A stretch of 64,000 nucleotides of DNA, from positions 28,488 to 92,487 of the IMG/VR virus record IMGVR_UViG_3300044723_005784; one strand, written 5' to 3'. Positions 53,820-63,001 of this stretch are shown here, one piece after another (the stretch's first letter is position 1; each line of letters starts with the position of its first letter). The notes under the pieces were generated by a model. It worked only from the letters and a program-made list of their open reading frames with translations. It searched no databases and was not told the origin of the DNA. This DNA comes from a virus (taxonomy: Duplodnaviria > Caudoviricetes). The position numbers and the translations under genes are program-made.

Positions 53820-54918
53820 TAGCCGCTACAACATACTTGCCAAAGCGATCAAAGAATTCTTTAAAGTGCTTGAGCTTGTTAGCCTCAAACGGGAGATTAT
53901 AGTTGCTGATTGCAGTCCGTGCACCCATAACCGTCATCTCTGTAGGGAAGAAGTCCATCATAAAGCGGAAGAAGTTATCTGCAAGCTCGTGCCACTTCTT
54001 GCTGTCCTTTTTGCCAAACTTGTCGTAGGCATCCTTGAGCTCGTAGCACATGCCAATTGTAAGAGCATACTGAGCACTGATCTCTTTGATCTTGCACTCT
54101 TTGACCTTACCAGCTAGGATATCCTCAGGCGTTGGCATGTCCTTAGCAACCTTGCGGTGAGTCATAAACTTGATTGCAATGCCTTCACCAACACAACCAG
54201 AGACTAAATCAGTCAGCTCGTTGTCTGAGATACCGTCATCATCAAGGAACTCGCTAACAAAACTCCAGCTACGAGGTGTAGCAAACGAACGTCCGCTAGA
54301 GCGAGGATCAAAGTCGCAAAGGTCTGCTTTAGCAAACGAGCAGTACCCAACAACGTCTTCGTGGATACGATTGGTCACAGCCCAATCCAACCAGCTATTA
54401 AAATCTACCCGTACTTCCAAGTGCACAAAACGGTTAGCAAGCGGCGTAGGCATGCGGTAGGTAACGCCCTTGTCGCTCTCGCGGTTACCAGCCGCAACAA
54501 TCACAACGTTGTCGGGCAGTGCATACTGACCAATGCGACGGTTGAGGATAAGCTGGTATGCCGCAGCCTGCACCCCAGGCGCCGCACTATTCATCTCGTC
54601 CAAGAACAAGATAATAGTGTCGTTATCTGCTGCCTGCTCTTCTGTGGGGAGATCGCTAGGTGGAAGCCACTGCATCTGACCAGTTTGCACATTAGGAACA
54701 GGATAGCCACGCAAGTCAGTGGGCTCAAACAGTGCAACACGCAGATCAATTAGCAGGGTCTTGCCCAGATACTCTTTGTCTGCAATCTGTTGCATGAGAT
54801 CGCTCTTGCCTACGCCTGGCAGTCCCCAAAGGAACACTGGCCGCTTGATTTTGAAAGCACGAACGATACGCTGTTCTGCTTCCTGGATAGTAACTGTTCT
54901 TGCGTCAACTTCTGACAT
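53809..54918 (-). CDS. MoxR-like AAA+ ATPase
   Basis: GLPGVGKS Walker A, LFLDEMN Walker B, AAGNR, LANRF, TPRSW. Confidence 0.9.
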   Translation of the reverse strand: MSEVDARTVTIQEAEQRIVRAFKIKRPVFLWGLPGVGKSDLMQQIADKEYLGKTLLIDLRVALFEPTDLRGYPVPNVQTGQMQWLPPSDLPTEEQAADNDTIILFLDEMNSAAPGVQAAAYQLILNRRIGQYALPDNVVIVAAGNRESDKGVTYRMPTPLANRFVHLEVRVDFNSWLDWAVTNRIHEDVVGYCSFAKADLCDFDPRSSGRSFATPRSWSFVSEFLDDDGISDNELTDLVSGCVGEGIAIKFMTHRKVAKDMPTPEDILAGKVKECKIKEISAQYALTIGMCYELKDAYDKFGKKDSKKWHELADNFFRFMMDFFPTEMTVMGARTAISNYNLPFEANKLKHFKEFFDRFGKYVVAANED

Positions 54919-54950
54919 TCCTAAAACTCCTCAGTTTCAATTTATAATTC

Positions 54951-54978
54951 ATAATAGCACAATTGTGCTATCTGTCAA
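54951..54978 (-). promoter_or_regulatory. Sigma70-like promoter TTGACA-16-TATTAT containing an 18-bp palindrome
   Basis: ATAGCACAATTGTGCTAT at 54954-54971. Confidence 0.6.
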
Positions 54979-54994
54979 CCGTTTTACGTTGCTT

Positions 54995-55516
54995 CTACCA
55001 AATTGGACTTGGGGTTTCTGTAATACGAAAACTCTGATATAAACTCATGCGTTTATCTATTACAGGTGAACGCATGCCATGTTTATTCTGTGTGGGATTA
55101 AACATTAAATACCCGTGATTAGAAACATAAGGTACACTGTGCCACTTATCATCTATAAAACAATGTGTACCCATGCTAGTATCCCCTTCACACAAATATA
55201 TCTGTACGTTAGCACTTAGGTTAGGAGACAAATCACAGTGAATGTTGTTAATATATCCTTCATGATCATACCACAACTGCGTTGTGTTTGGGTATGAATA
55301 TGTACTAAAATAGTTATCTACTACACTGCTTATCTCATGATGTAACTGTTGTAGATTAGTATCTATAGGATTGCCTTCTAATCTAATATGCCCGTCTTGT
55401 GACAGTTTATTCCAGTTATGTTTATTATCAAACTCTCTGACAAGGCTCTGTAACGTAGCGTCATCAAATGCGTCTTTGATTAAATAAAAATCATCGTGTA
55501 AATGTGTTAACTGCAT
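54995..55516 (-). CDS. 2OG-Fe(II) oxygenase-like protein
   Basis: HCD...QIYL...HG...RMS. Confidence 0.65.
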   Translation of the reverse strand: MQLTHLHDDFYLIKDAFDDATLQSLVREFDNKHNWNKLSQDGHIRLEGNPIDTNLQQLHHEISSVVDNYFSTYSYPNTTQLWYDHEGYINNIHCDLSPNLSANVQIYLCEGDTSMGTHCFIDDKWHSVPYVSNHGYLMFNPTQNKHGMRSPVIDKRMSLYQSFRITETPSPIW

Positions 55517-55522
55517 CCTGAC

Positions 55523-55873
55523 TTAATGTCCTCTTATTCCAGTATATGTTGCTTTGGTTTTGTGACTATACCACCTGCCCAACGGATTAAGTTTACTAGG
55601 AAAAGTATGACACATGGTAAACTGAGCAGCATCACTAGCATTATCAAACCTTATATCTGCGCCATCGTCGTTCCAGCGTAGATTCCAGTGAAGATCCTGT
55701 GCACCAAAGTGTTTTATCATTAGGTCTAAAAACTCAGTACGGATTATCTTATATGCAATAACAATGTCAGCATTTTTTTCATGGATCTCATAATCAAAAT
55801 ACACACTTATAAAATGCTTCCATTTAGGATCGGCTATAATTTTACTACGTTTTAGTTCGAACTTTGTTTCCAT
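55523..55873 (-). CDS. Hypothetical protein
   Basis: Start estimated at METKF. Confidence 0.5.
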   Translation of the reverse strand: METKFELKRSKIIADPKWKHFISVYFDYEIHEKNADIVIAYKIIRTEFLDLMIKHFGAQDLHWNLRWNDDGADIRFDNASDAAQFTMCHTFPSKLNPLGRWYSHKTKATYTGIRGH

Positions 55874-56228
55874 CCAAAAACCTCTGAAAGTCTCCATGTA
55901 GGGTAGCCCAAAAATATGTTTGCTCATCAAAAAGTAGTATTCTAGGCCAGCGTCCCAGCTGCACATAGTAGGGCACTCGTAATTGTTTATCCAAATCTAA
56001 TAGGAATTTGTAGTTAACCTCTATGCGACTACTATCGTCCCAGAGTTTTATATCATAAGATGTAAGGTCTAGATCATCGATAAGACACCTAAATCCCTGT
56101 TCAGTTAGACGAAGCCCGCCATCGTTCCGTATGTTTTGCCAGAAGAACACCATCTCAGTTCCGCTAGGGATTCGTGTATGCTCTATATTTTTAAGAAATA
56201 CGGCCGTGTATTGTTGCTTAGTTTTCAT
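55845..56228 (-). CDS. Hypothetical phage protein
   Basis: GGLRLTEQG motif; start at MKTK. Confidence 0.65.
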   Translation of the reverse strand: MKTKQQYTAVFLKNIEHTRIPSGTEMVFFWQNIRNDGGLRLTEQGFRCLIDDLDLTSYDIKLWDDSSRIEVNYKFLLDLDKQLRVPYYVQLGRWPRILLFDEQTYFWATLHGDFQRFLDGNKVRTKT

Positions 56229-56517
56229 TCTCTCGATATACTGTTGTTCCAGCATCAACGAGAACAACAGTAAAATCTTGAGTCTGAAATTTGTTGTTTA
56301 ACTTTTTACATAAATTAATAGCATGACCAGGATTGCTAAAACTAACCTTGTTATATTTTGGACCGGGATAGGTTGTTAGTATATTGTAGCTTTTTAAGTT
56401 AATAGGCTTATCATCGTAAAAGACACTCCATATACCTTTGCTTGCTAGAACCTGATGTGTTTTATAACAAGATTTATCTACTTTTTCTAATAGGACAGTT
56501 GGTTTAGGTCTACTCAT
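56218..56517 (-). CDS. Hypothetical phage protein (MSRPKP...FSNPGHA)
   Basis: ORF preceded by GATAAATA on the minus strand (56543-56550). Confidence 0.7.
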   Translation of the reverse strand: MSRPKPTVLLEKVDKSCYKTHQVLASKGIWSVFYDDKPINLKSYNILTTYPGPKYNKVSFSNPGHAINLCKKLNNKFQTQDFTVVLVDAGTTVYRENEN

Positions 56518-56565
56518 GTTGTTTCCAATTATATGCTAGTATTATTTATCTTAGTATATAATAGC

Positions 56566-56778
56566 TTACCAGGAATCAGACTGTATATCAACCTCAATAA
56601 CAGGGTTTTCTTGTAATTCTATGATCCTTGATTGAAGGTCTACTGTATATGCTAGTAGATTTTGGTACTCACGTACTATACCCTGTGCTTCTTGTCTCGG
56701 AATAGTTAAATTTTCTGTGTTGCTCCCAGCACATCTACTAACAAACTTTTCTAGATTACCAAAGTTAGGTCTTTTCAT
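56566..56778 (-). CDS. Hypothetical protein
   Basis: Tiles the operon. Confidence 0.55.
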   Translation of the reverse strand: MKRPNFGNLEKFVSRCAGSNTENLTIPRQEAQGIVREYQNLLAYTVDLQSRIIELQENPVIEVDIQSDSW

Positions 56779-57250
56779 TTCTGCCTGCCCTTGGATGAGC
56801 TAATCGTAGTTGCTCTTGCATCTCAAACTTTGTTTTATATGGACCTTCAAACTTATTACGTGTTAGTGTAATCAGCTTTGGGCAATAGGCTTTCATCCAA
56901 CCATTTTCAAAGTTAATGATATAGTATCCTGCACAATAAAAGCTCTGACTCTTAGGTGTTTTAGTGTATAGAGGTAGTTTACGCTTCACATCAAAGATTT
57001 CATTATGTGGATTTGTCTTACATGGATACTCATGAACGTTGAAATTGTTCTTTACGGGAACTGTTGACTCTATAAGATTATTAAAACTGATCTTCGTCTT
57101 TTCTGTAAGTGTATCCTGATCAGGAAATCTAGCATTTTTATTATTAACAGTTAACACAAAATCTTTGTCTTTGCGAAGTGTACCAACCTTTTCCCCATTT
57201 TTCTCTACAATCCAAAACTTGTCTTGTACAATAGGTTTAGCCTGTAACAT
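56765..57250 (-). CDS. Hypothetical phage protein
   Basis: LPLYTK..KS.S.YCAGYY...CPKL motif. Confidence 0.65.
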   Translation of the reverse strand: MLQAKPIVQDKFWIVEKNGEKVGTLRKDKDFVLTVNNKNARFPDQDTLTEKTKISFNNLIESTVPVKNNFNVHEYPCKTNPHNEIFDVKRKLPLYTKTPKSQSFYCAGYYIINFENGWMKAYCPKLITLTRNKFEGPYKTKFEMQEQLRLAHPRAGRNEKT

Positions 57251-58235
57251 GATATCCTCTCTGTAACCATTCTGCATATTTCGTAGCATCATCAGCAATC
57301 CTATTCAGTTCGTATTTCCCACAGAACTTTAAAAACTTAGCACCAACCATTTTGTTAGTTTTAGGCTTCATTTGACTACGCATCGTTGTATCGATGTACT
57401 CTTTAAGTTCTTCAGGTTGTGCAGTAAGATCTACAAGCGTTCTATTCCGCTCGTAGTCGTCCAACACACGGTGCTCTTCACCGTTATGATCAGTCCAGCG
57501 TTGTAGCATCATGTTATTCCAGTTAAAGCCTTTACTGTTACGATCTGCAAAAGCCTCAAGTAACCCAACTTTATTTTTAGTACCTTTTTTACGAACACCA
57601 GGGTAAGCACTAAACACATTGTCACTAGTGTCACCACGCATGCACTTTTCAAACAGCAACCATTCTGGATCTGGAGCGTCCTTTACCTCGCCTGTTTTCT
57701 TGTCTTTAACAGGCTTACCATAATCGTCTACAATACCTTCTAGTGACATCATATGATTTTGGATGCCATTGTACTGCTTGACATTGGGTGCAATAAGTTG
57801 TGCAAAGTCACTATCACTACTTACAACAACATGATTGTCTTTAGGATGCATATTAATCCAACGTGCAATAATATCATCTGCTTCAGCAATATCGCATCTT
57901 AGTACACTGCAATTAGCACTGTCCTTTAAGAATGTTGTCATATCATCATAGGTATCCCAGAACAACTGATCCTCTTCTTGCTGTTGTTCTGTGAGTGCAT
58001 CACGAGCTACTTTGCGATTCTTCTTGTAAGGCTCATAGTAGTCCTTGCGCCAGGATCTTCCTTCAAGTGCAAACACAACATGATCAGCACCAGCAATACG
58101 CCAGGCCTTGTTAACTGCACTCATAGTAACATGCATAGCAAACCCTAGTCGGGTCCATTGATCCATACCGCGATGTGCAGCATGGCGTGCTCTAAAAAAT
58201 GTATTAGCAGTATCTACTAGCAGATAAGTTGTCAT
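57237..58235 (-). CDS. rnh: T4-type RNase H / 5'-3' exonuclease (FEN/PIN fold)
   Basis: LVDTAN, SWRK..Y..YK.NR, EADDII, SSDSDF.QL, GDTSDNV. Confidence 0.88.
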   Translation of the reverse strand: MTTYLLVDTANTFFRARHAAHRGMDQWTRLGFAMHVTMSAVNKAWRIAGADHVVFALEGRSWRKDYYEPYKKNRKVARDALTEQQQEEDQLFWDTYDDMTTFLKDSANCSVLRCDIAEADDIIARWINMHPKDNHVVVSSDSDFAQLIAPNVKQYNGIQNHMMSLEGIVDDYGKPVKDKKTGEVKDAPDPEWLLFEKCMRGDTSDNVFSAYPGVRKKGTKNKVGLLEAFADRNSKGFNWNNMMLQRWTDHNGEEHRVLDDYERNRTLVDLTAQPEELKEYIDTTMRSQMKPKTNKMVGAKFLKFCGKYELNRIADDATKYAEWLQRGYHVTG

Positions 58236-58993
58236 TTAATACGCCTTGGTGTTGGGTTAATCTTACGTGGCTTTATTTTTACTATATTACTACTACTTGT
58301 GGCATTTGTCAACCTAGGCAGGAGATATTTTGCCCATGCATTATGTGCATCTTCTCCATAATGGTACCCGTTGTTAACTGTTTTGAAGCCTTGGGCCTCG
58401 CACCAATGCCAGTATGTGCCTGCTTGTGTATACGGGTCTAGATAACAATTGTCCCAGTCTACTTGCTCTTCTATATTTCCAAAATGGTTATAACTATTAA
58501 AGAAAAGGTGTTTAATTTCTTTTTCTTGCAGGAAGGTATGTAGATTATATAATGCTGTATGCCATTGCTGTTCTTTTTCTATAAGCACTTCTATTGTTTG
58601 ATCTATTACCCATTTTTTATAATAGTCCTGCAAAGACTCTGGTAACTGATCAGTTCCGCTTGCTGTTACTTGGAATGTTTGATCTTCGTGTTTCCACTCT
58701 TCACGTTCCCATGTACTCCAACCAATAATAATAAAATTTTGACTAGCGTGTCTTTGATCTAAAAAATCACGGGTAGTGCGTAAAATGCGATGATTACTAC
58801 TTGCACTAATTGCATCGCAGTTATATCCAGCATTAAGAATCTTTGCTAGTTTATATCCAAAACTTTTGGTTAAACATCCAGGATGAGCCAGTTCTCCCAT
58901 GTGTTTTAGGCCAGGATCATCACTTGCAAAGCAATAGTCCGCGACGAGTTCTGCACCAGCAGTATGGCTATCACCATTAAAATATAACTTCAT
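58232..58993 (-). CDS. SGNH-hydrolase-like protein
   Basis: FNGDSHTAG, SN.RI.R, H...AH. Confidence 0.6.
   Translation of the reverse strand: MKLYFNGDSHTAGAELVADYCFASDDPGLKHMGELAHPGCLTKSFGYKLAKILNAGYNCDAISASSNHRILRTTRDFLDQRHASQNFIIIGWSTWEREEWKHEDQTFQVTASGTDQLPESLQDYYKKWVIDQTIEVLIEKEQQWHTALYNLHTFLQEKEIKHLFFNSYNHFGNIEEQVDWDNCYLDPYTQAGTYWHWCEAQGFKTVNNGYHYGEDAHNAWAKYLLPRLTNATSSSNIVKIKPRKINPTPRRIK
58284..58312 (-). promoter_or_regulatory. Sigma70-like promoter TTGACA-17-TAATAT upstream of rnh
   Basis: Lies inside the 3' end of the upstream gene. Confidence 0.45.
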
Positions 58994-58995
58994 TA

Positions 58996-59367
58996 TTATC
59001 TATATTCTGTGCGGCCGTCACCTAAATCATTTTTGGTGACCATTGCCTGGTCATTTTCGTAACTTTCTAATACAACGTGTCTACAAACATCTTGGAACCA
59101 ACGATCAACTATATCGTTTTCATCATCGTCTTTGTATCCTGCACTCCATAATTTTTTAATAAAGTGTTCATTCCAATCAAGTTCAAACGCACCATTACCT
59201 GGATTATCTGGATCAACTTCTACTTTTAAAACACCAACCCAGGCTTCACCTGCTTCTGTAGCAATTTCTTTTTCAGATTTCTTCTTCTTTTTAGGCTCCG
59301 GCTTGGGCTCTACTTTCTTAGCCTGTCCCATACCCATTGCTTTTTTAGCATCATCTAACAATCCCAT
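58996..59367 (-). CDS. Hypothetical phage protein
   Basis: GAFELDWN...GY...IVDRWF motif. Confidence 0.7.
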   Translation of the reverse strand: MGLLDDAKKAMGMGQAKKVEPKPEPKKKKKSEKEIATEAGEAWVGVLKVEVDPDNPGNGAFELDWNEHFIKKLWSAGYKDDDENDIVDRWFQDVCRHVVLESYENDQAMVTKNDLGDGRTEYR

Positions 59368-59915
59368 TTTACAAATTCTCCTGTTTCTATTTCCCAGTCA
59401 CGTACTGATTCAGCAGTATTTTTTCCAAGCACTACACTTGCTGCTCTAATTGTATTGCCGTGACATACAATAATATGAGGTAGACTAGGGGAGTCTTCTA
59501 GTCCGTTTATAAATGTGGCAACTCTCGAAGCACATTCTTTAAGACTTTCGCCATCTTCTGGTTTGTTATTCCAGCCTCGTCTAATATTTAAAAATTCTTT
59601 TTCACCTAGTTCATTAACAAGATCTTCTTTATTGCGTCCACTCCAGATTCCATAGTCTCTCTCACGGATTAGCGCATTTATTTTAAGATCCTTAAACCAG
59701 GGCGTATTATCAAGAATAATCTTTGCTGTGTAAAAACTTCTACGTAAGTCACTACAATGGATTTCTGCAATAAACTGATATTTATTTGCTAGTTCTGTAG
59801 CAGTAGTCATTGCCTGCTCAATACCAAGTTGGGTAAGATCTGGATCATGCCAGCCTGTGCTACGATTTTCTTCGTTGTATTCTGACTGGCCGTGACGTAC
59901 CCAAACTGTTTTCAT
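59355..59915 (-). CDS. Histidine phosphatase / phosphoglycerate-mutase family
   Basis: RHGQS, SDL.R, ERDYG, GESL, CHGN. Confidence 0.88.
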   Translation of the reverse strand: MKTVWVRHGQSEYNEENRSTGWHDPDLTQLGIEQAMTTATELANKYQFIAEIHCSDLRRSFYTAKIILDNTPWFKDLKINALIRERDYGIWSGRNKEDLVNELGEKEFLNIRRGWNNKPEDGESLKECASRVATFINGLEDSPSLPHIIVCHGNTIRAASVVLGKNTAESVRDWEIETGEFVKWDC

Positions 59916-59948
59916 ACTGCGCCTGCTTTACGAAATCTATCTTCCTGA

Positions 59949-60812
59949 TCAAGTTCCCCAGGCGTTACCGAAGACGTCGACGTGGAGTCGAGGGCTATAT
60001 CTGTAGCCTTTTTCGAGGGCGAGCTCTGCGACTTGACGACCGTTTTTGAAGTAACTGTCTGTCGTACCGCCAACAGGCATGAGGTAAACCGGCGCTTCAA
60101 GTCCCGCAGATCTATATTCTGCAACAGCTCTATCAACTTCTGCCACGTCAACATCATCAGAAACAACGAACTTAAGATACAAGTGGCTGTTAGGAACACT
60201 AGCGTACTTAACAGCAACATCAGGCTTGATAGCATCAACCCAGGTATGTCCACTAACCGATAGTTTAGGGGAACAAGAGAATGTAATGTGTACCTGTTGA
60301 TTATCTGTGAGGTACGTTTTGAAATCCTCTGACAGAGATTGTGTAGTATTGGTTTCGAACGTGACATTCTTCAAGTCCTTCATGCGTGGATGTTCTAGCA
60401 ACTGTATATATGCTCGTTGCCAACCTAATAGAGGCTCACCGCCTGTGATTACCAAATGGATATCCTGACCATTATCCAATGACCATGCGCCTGTTGGTGT
60501 AAGTGCAAGTAGATCATCAACTAGCTGATCAATGTCTACATCATGTTGAAAACGTTTGAATGCAGGGTGCCAAGCAGCATAGCTATCGCACCCTACAGTC
60601 ACAAGTGGGAGATCCTCAAGTGTATCATAGTTATCGATCTCATCTACAATCTTTTGGATCTGAGGCTCTGCTGTTTCGTCACTGTTCCTAGCAATACCAA
60701 ACTTAGGACAAGTAAAGTTACAACCATACATACGAAGGAATACACTAGGCACACCTGTCCAGCGACCTTCTCCTTGTACACTATAAAATGCTTCTGTGTA
60801 TCTAACTTTCAT
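59949..60812 (-). CDS. queE: 7-carboxy-7-deazaguanine synthase (radical SAM)
   Basis: FYSVQGEG..TGVPSVFLR..GCN..C...CDS, TGGEP, ETN, SPKL, SPRLH. Confidence 0.88.
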   Translation of the reverse strand: MKVRYTEAFYSVQGEGRWTGVPSVFLRMYGCNFTCPKFGIARNSDETAEPQIQKIVDEIDNYDTLEDLPLVTVGCDSYAAWHPAFKRFQHDVDIDQLVDDLLALTPTGAWSLDNGQDIHLVITGGEPLLGWQRAYIQLLEHPRMKDLKNVTFETNTTQSLSEDFKTYLTDNQQVHITFSCSPKLSVSGHTWVDAIKPDVAVKYASVPNSHLYLKFVVSDDVDVAEVDRAVAEYRSAGLEAPVYLMPVGGTTDSYFKNGRQVAELALEKGYRYSPRLHVDVFGNAWGT

Positions 60813-60821
60813 TGACGCCTC

Positions 60822-61010
60822 TTAATCTACAATAATGTTTTTCTTTAGTTCGTTGATCATCTTAGCCTTTGTAAGACGACGATCAAGGTTAATACCATGA
60901 TCTGCTGCCCAGTCATCAACTTGCTTCTTTGTCATCTTGTTAAGCTCAGCTTCTGTAATAACAGCAGGTGTGTCTCCAACTCCTAGCCATTTCATAATGC
61001 ATTTAAACAT
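60822..61010 (-). CDS. Small protein with Rho-N/HeH-like motif
   Basis: LNKMTKKQV...GINLDRRLTKAKMI. Confidence 0.55.
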   Translation of the reverse strand: MFKCIMKWLGVGDTPAVITEAELNKMTKKQVDDWAADHGINLDRRLTKAKMINELKKNIIVD

Positions 61011-61476
61011 CGAATTCTCCATCTTCTCTGTGACCAACTCGCATAGCCATATTTGAGTCAGTTTCTCTTACCTCAACCTTACAGCACCATACCCTAGTGC
61101 CAGGTTCCCAACTAGGTAAAAATATTGTGTTTACGTATTCATACAAAAAGTCTGACAGACCTTCACATCCAGTCTTTTCAACTTCTGTAATCTTTGCTAG
61201 GCCTTTCTTGCCTAGTTCTAGTAGCGTGTCGCGGTCTGGATCATCCTGTGCTACTAGCAGAGTGTGATCAAACCAATCTTCTAAGCTGTCCTTTAGTGGA
61301 CGTAATCCACCAAAGTCTACTACCCAGTTACGAGCATCTAGGTCATCAGTTTCAAATTCAAAATGGAAACTTAATGCATATCCGTGGATAAGATTGCAGT
61401 GTGAATCTGCTCTCCACTGTCTGTATGCTACTGGACCTAAATGCCTGTATGTTTTTGTACTAATATATTTTGCCAT
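61003..61476 (-). CDS. queD: 6-carboxy-5,6,7,8-tetrahydropterin synthase
   Basis: HCNLIHGY, VVDFGGL, FDHT, EVRET. Confidence 0.88.
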   Translation of the reverse strand: MAKYISTKTYRHLGPVAYRQWRADSHCNLIHGYALSFHFEFETDDLDARNWVVDFGGLRPLKDSLEDWFDHTLLVAQDDPDRDTLLELGKKGLAKITEVEKTGCEGLSDFLYEYVNTIFLPSWEPGTRVWCCKVEVRETDSNMAMRVGHREDGEFDV

Positions 61477-61483
61477 GTTTATA

Positions 61484-61543
61484 CTCCTTGGTTATAGAGT
61501 GCGCGGAATATTTAAAGAGGGTCGAACACCTTAGTCCTCTATA
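61484..61543 (-). ncRNA. Candidate preQ1-I-like riboswitch/pseudoknot leader of queD
   Basis: AGAGG/CCUCU stem, AU-rich tail, loop-tail pairing, alternative stem, next to the SD. Confidence 0.4.
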
Positions 61544-61548
61544 GTAGT

Positions 61549-61577
61549 ATTGTAAGATATTTATGATAGCGTGTCAA
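61549..61577 (-). promoter_or_regulatory. Sigma70 promoter TTGACA-17-TACAAT with an embedded CATAAATA
   Basis: Upstream of the queD leader. Confidence 0.7.
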
Positions 61578-62146
61578 CTTTTATTTAAACGTGCCTTGAG
61601 TGCGTCCGTCTGCACTGCTTGGAAAGCAATAATACTACGCATCTCTTTACAACGTCGTTGTGGACCTGAACCAATGTGTAGAACGCTAGCATCAAATGTA
61701 ATTAGTTTTCGTGGTTCGTATTCACTTGCACCGTATTCATCGCCTTGCTTGAATTGTGTGCTACCGCCCCAATTGGTATCCCATTCTTTATCCGTATAGA
61801 GAACACCGGTAATACTTTGTTCTGGTACAGGCCAATCAGTATGGAAATCTCCATCTATACCAAATGTGTTTGAACTAGCCATACAGCGTACAAGCATATA
61901 ATCATCTGGTACCATATCCATGAAACGGTCAGCTAGTGTTTTAACAAGCTCTGGGCAATCTTCTTTAAAGTCCCAGTTTTGATGCGTGTAGAAGTTTTGA
62001 AACCAACAAGGATAATTAGGTTCTATATTACTATCGCTAGTTTGTCCAAAGCGCCACTTTGGAGCATATACCACGTCTGCAAGGAGTTCCACATGTTCAT
62101 TTTCTGAAATCCATTCTTTATGTGTATCAAATAAGACCACGTGCAT
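61574..62146 (-). CDS. 2OG-Fe(II) oxygenase (prolyl-hydroxylase-like)
   Basis: HTD, LY...W...WGG.T.F, H...P, R. Confidence 0.8.
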   Translation of the reverse strand: MHVVLFDTHKEWISENEHVELLADVVYAPKWRFGQTSDSNIEPNYPCWFQNFYTHQNWDFKEDCPELVKTLADRFMDMVPDDYMLVRCMASSNTFGIDGDFHTDWPVPEQSITGVLYTDKEWDTNWGGSTQFKQGDEYGASEYEPRKLITFDASVLHIGSGPQRRCKEMRSIIAFQAVQTDALKARLNKS

Positions 62147-62489
62147 AACTCCAAATAGCAACATATGTTAACATATGTAATAGTTGATCAAAACCAAACA
62201 ATATCCAATACTGCGGATGTGCTGTTGTTAGTTTCATAATACGCGATACTAGTTCTTTACAATAATCAATAGTGTAGTGTACGGCGAAATCAGCTAACCC
62301 AACAAATAGAGCAAAAGGCCAACCAATAAAATAATAACAAATAACAAATGTAAAGACACCGTGTATAGCTGCATGGATCAGTCCACCTAGACCGAATAGT
62401 TTACTTTTTGCCTGGATCATCCACGGAGTTTGTAAACAGAAGTCGCTGAGCCAATGCTTAACTAGCAGTGCTATTAAGAGTTCAATCAT
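62127..62489 (-). CDS. DUF3307-like membrane protein
   Basis: H..DF.LQ, HA.IH, HY.ID..K, DQ.LH. Confidence 0.75.
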   Translation of the reverse strand: MIELLIALLVKHWLSDFCLQTPWMIQAKSKLFGLGGLIHAAIHGVFTFVICYYFIGWPFALFVGLADFAVHYTIDYCKELVSRIMKLTTAHPQYWILFGFDQLLHMLTYVAIWSYARGLI

Positions 62490-63001
62490 CACCACCACTC
62501 CTCATAGGGGAATACGACCCATGTATCTTCTTCAGCTTTGTTAATTTCAATGCTTGTATAATCGATGTTAAATGGACTTGCTAGATTGTTTACGATAGTT
62601 GCAAAGCGAACATTCTGATTCCAAACTTTATCCCATCGATGTTCATTTGGATGACAGCCTGACGGCCAATCTTCTTTGATCCATTGGAATGTAGCACCAC
62701 TATCGTTAATATCGTCTAGGATAAGAATTTTCTTATCTTCATATGTGCCACCCATTTGGAAAATACCAAAGGCATCTTCTGCCATCCAGCAATTAGATTC
62801 CTGTTCATTGCCATTACGCAAACGAACATCCAGTGTGTGCATTTTAATACCTGTAAGATGACTCATTAGAACAGCAGGAATTAATCCACCTCTGGTAATA
62901 CCTACAATATAATCGGGCCGCCAGTTGTCAGCATACATTTGCTTTATAACGTTATGTACACCCTTTTCAATATCTCGATTAGACAGATATAGTTTGTTCA
63001 T
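62489..63001 (-). CDS. Type I phosphoribosyltransferase (xanthine/guanine PRT-like)
   Basis: GITRGGLIPA, ILILDDINDSGAT, WVVFPYE. Confidence 0.88.
   Translation of the reverse strand: MNKLYLSNRDIEKGVHNVIKQMYADNWRPDYIVGITRGGLIPAVLMSHLTGIKMHTLDVRLRNGNEQESNCWMAEDAFGIFQMGGTYEDKKILILDDINDSGATFQWIKEDWPSGCHPNEHRWDKVWNQNVRFATIVNNLASPFNIDYTSIEINKAEEDTWVVFPYEEWW

Noticed and set aside
53671-55042. Plus-strand ORFs opposite the MoxR ATPase
   Set aside because: Antisense shadows of a strongly supported gene.
59355-59915. Calling the histidine phosphatase gpmA
   Set aside because: It is short and only family-level motifs are evident, so the substrate cannot be assigned.
59912-60367. 151-aa minus-strand ORF overlapping queE in another frame
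   Set aside because: It is almost fully nested in queE with implausible composition. Its last few codons fill the gap to the next gene, but no good start is visible.
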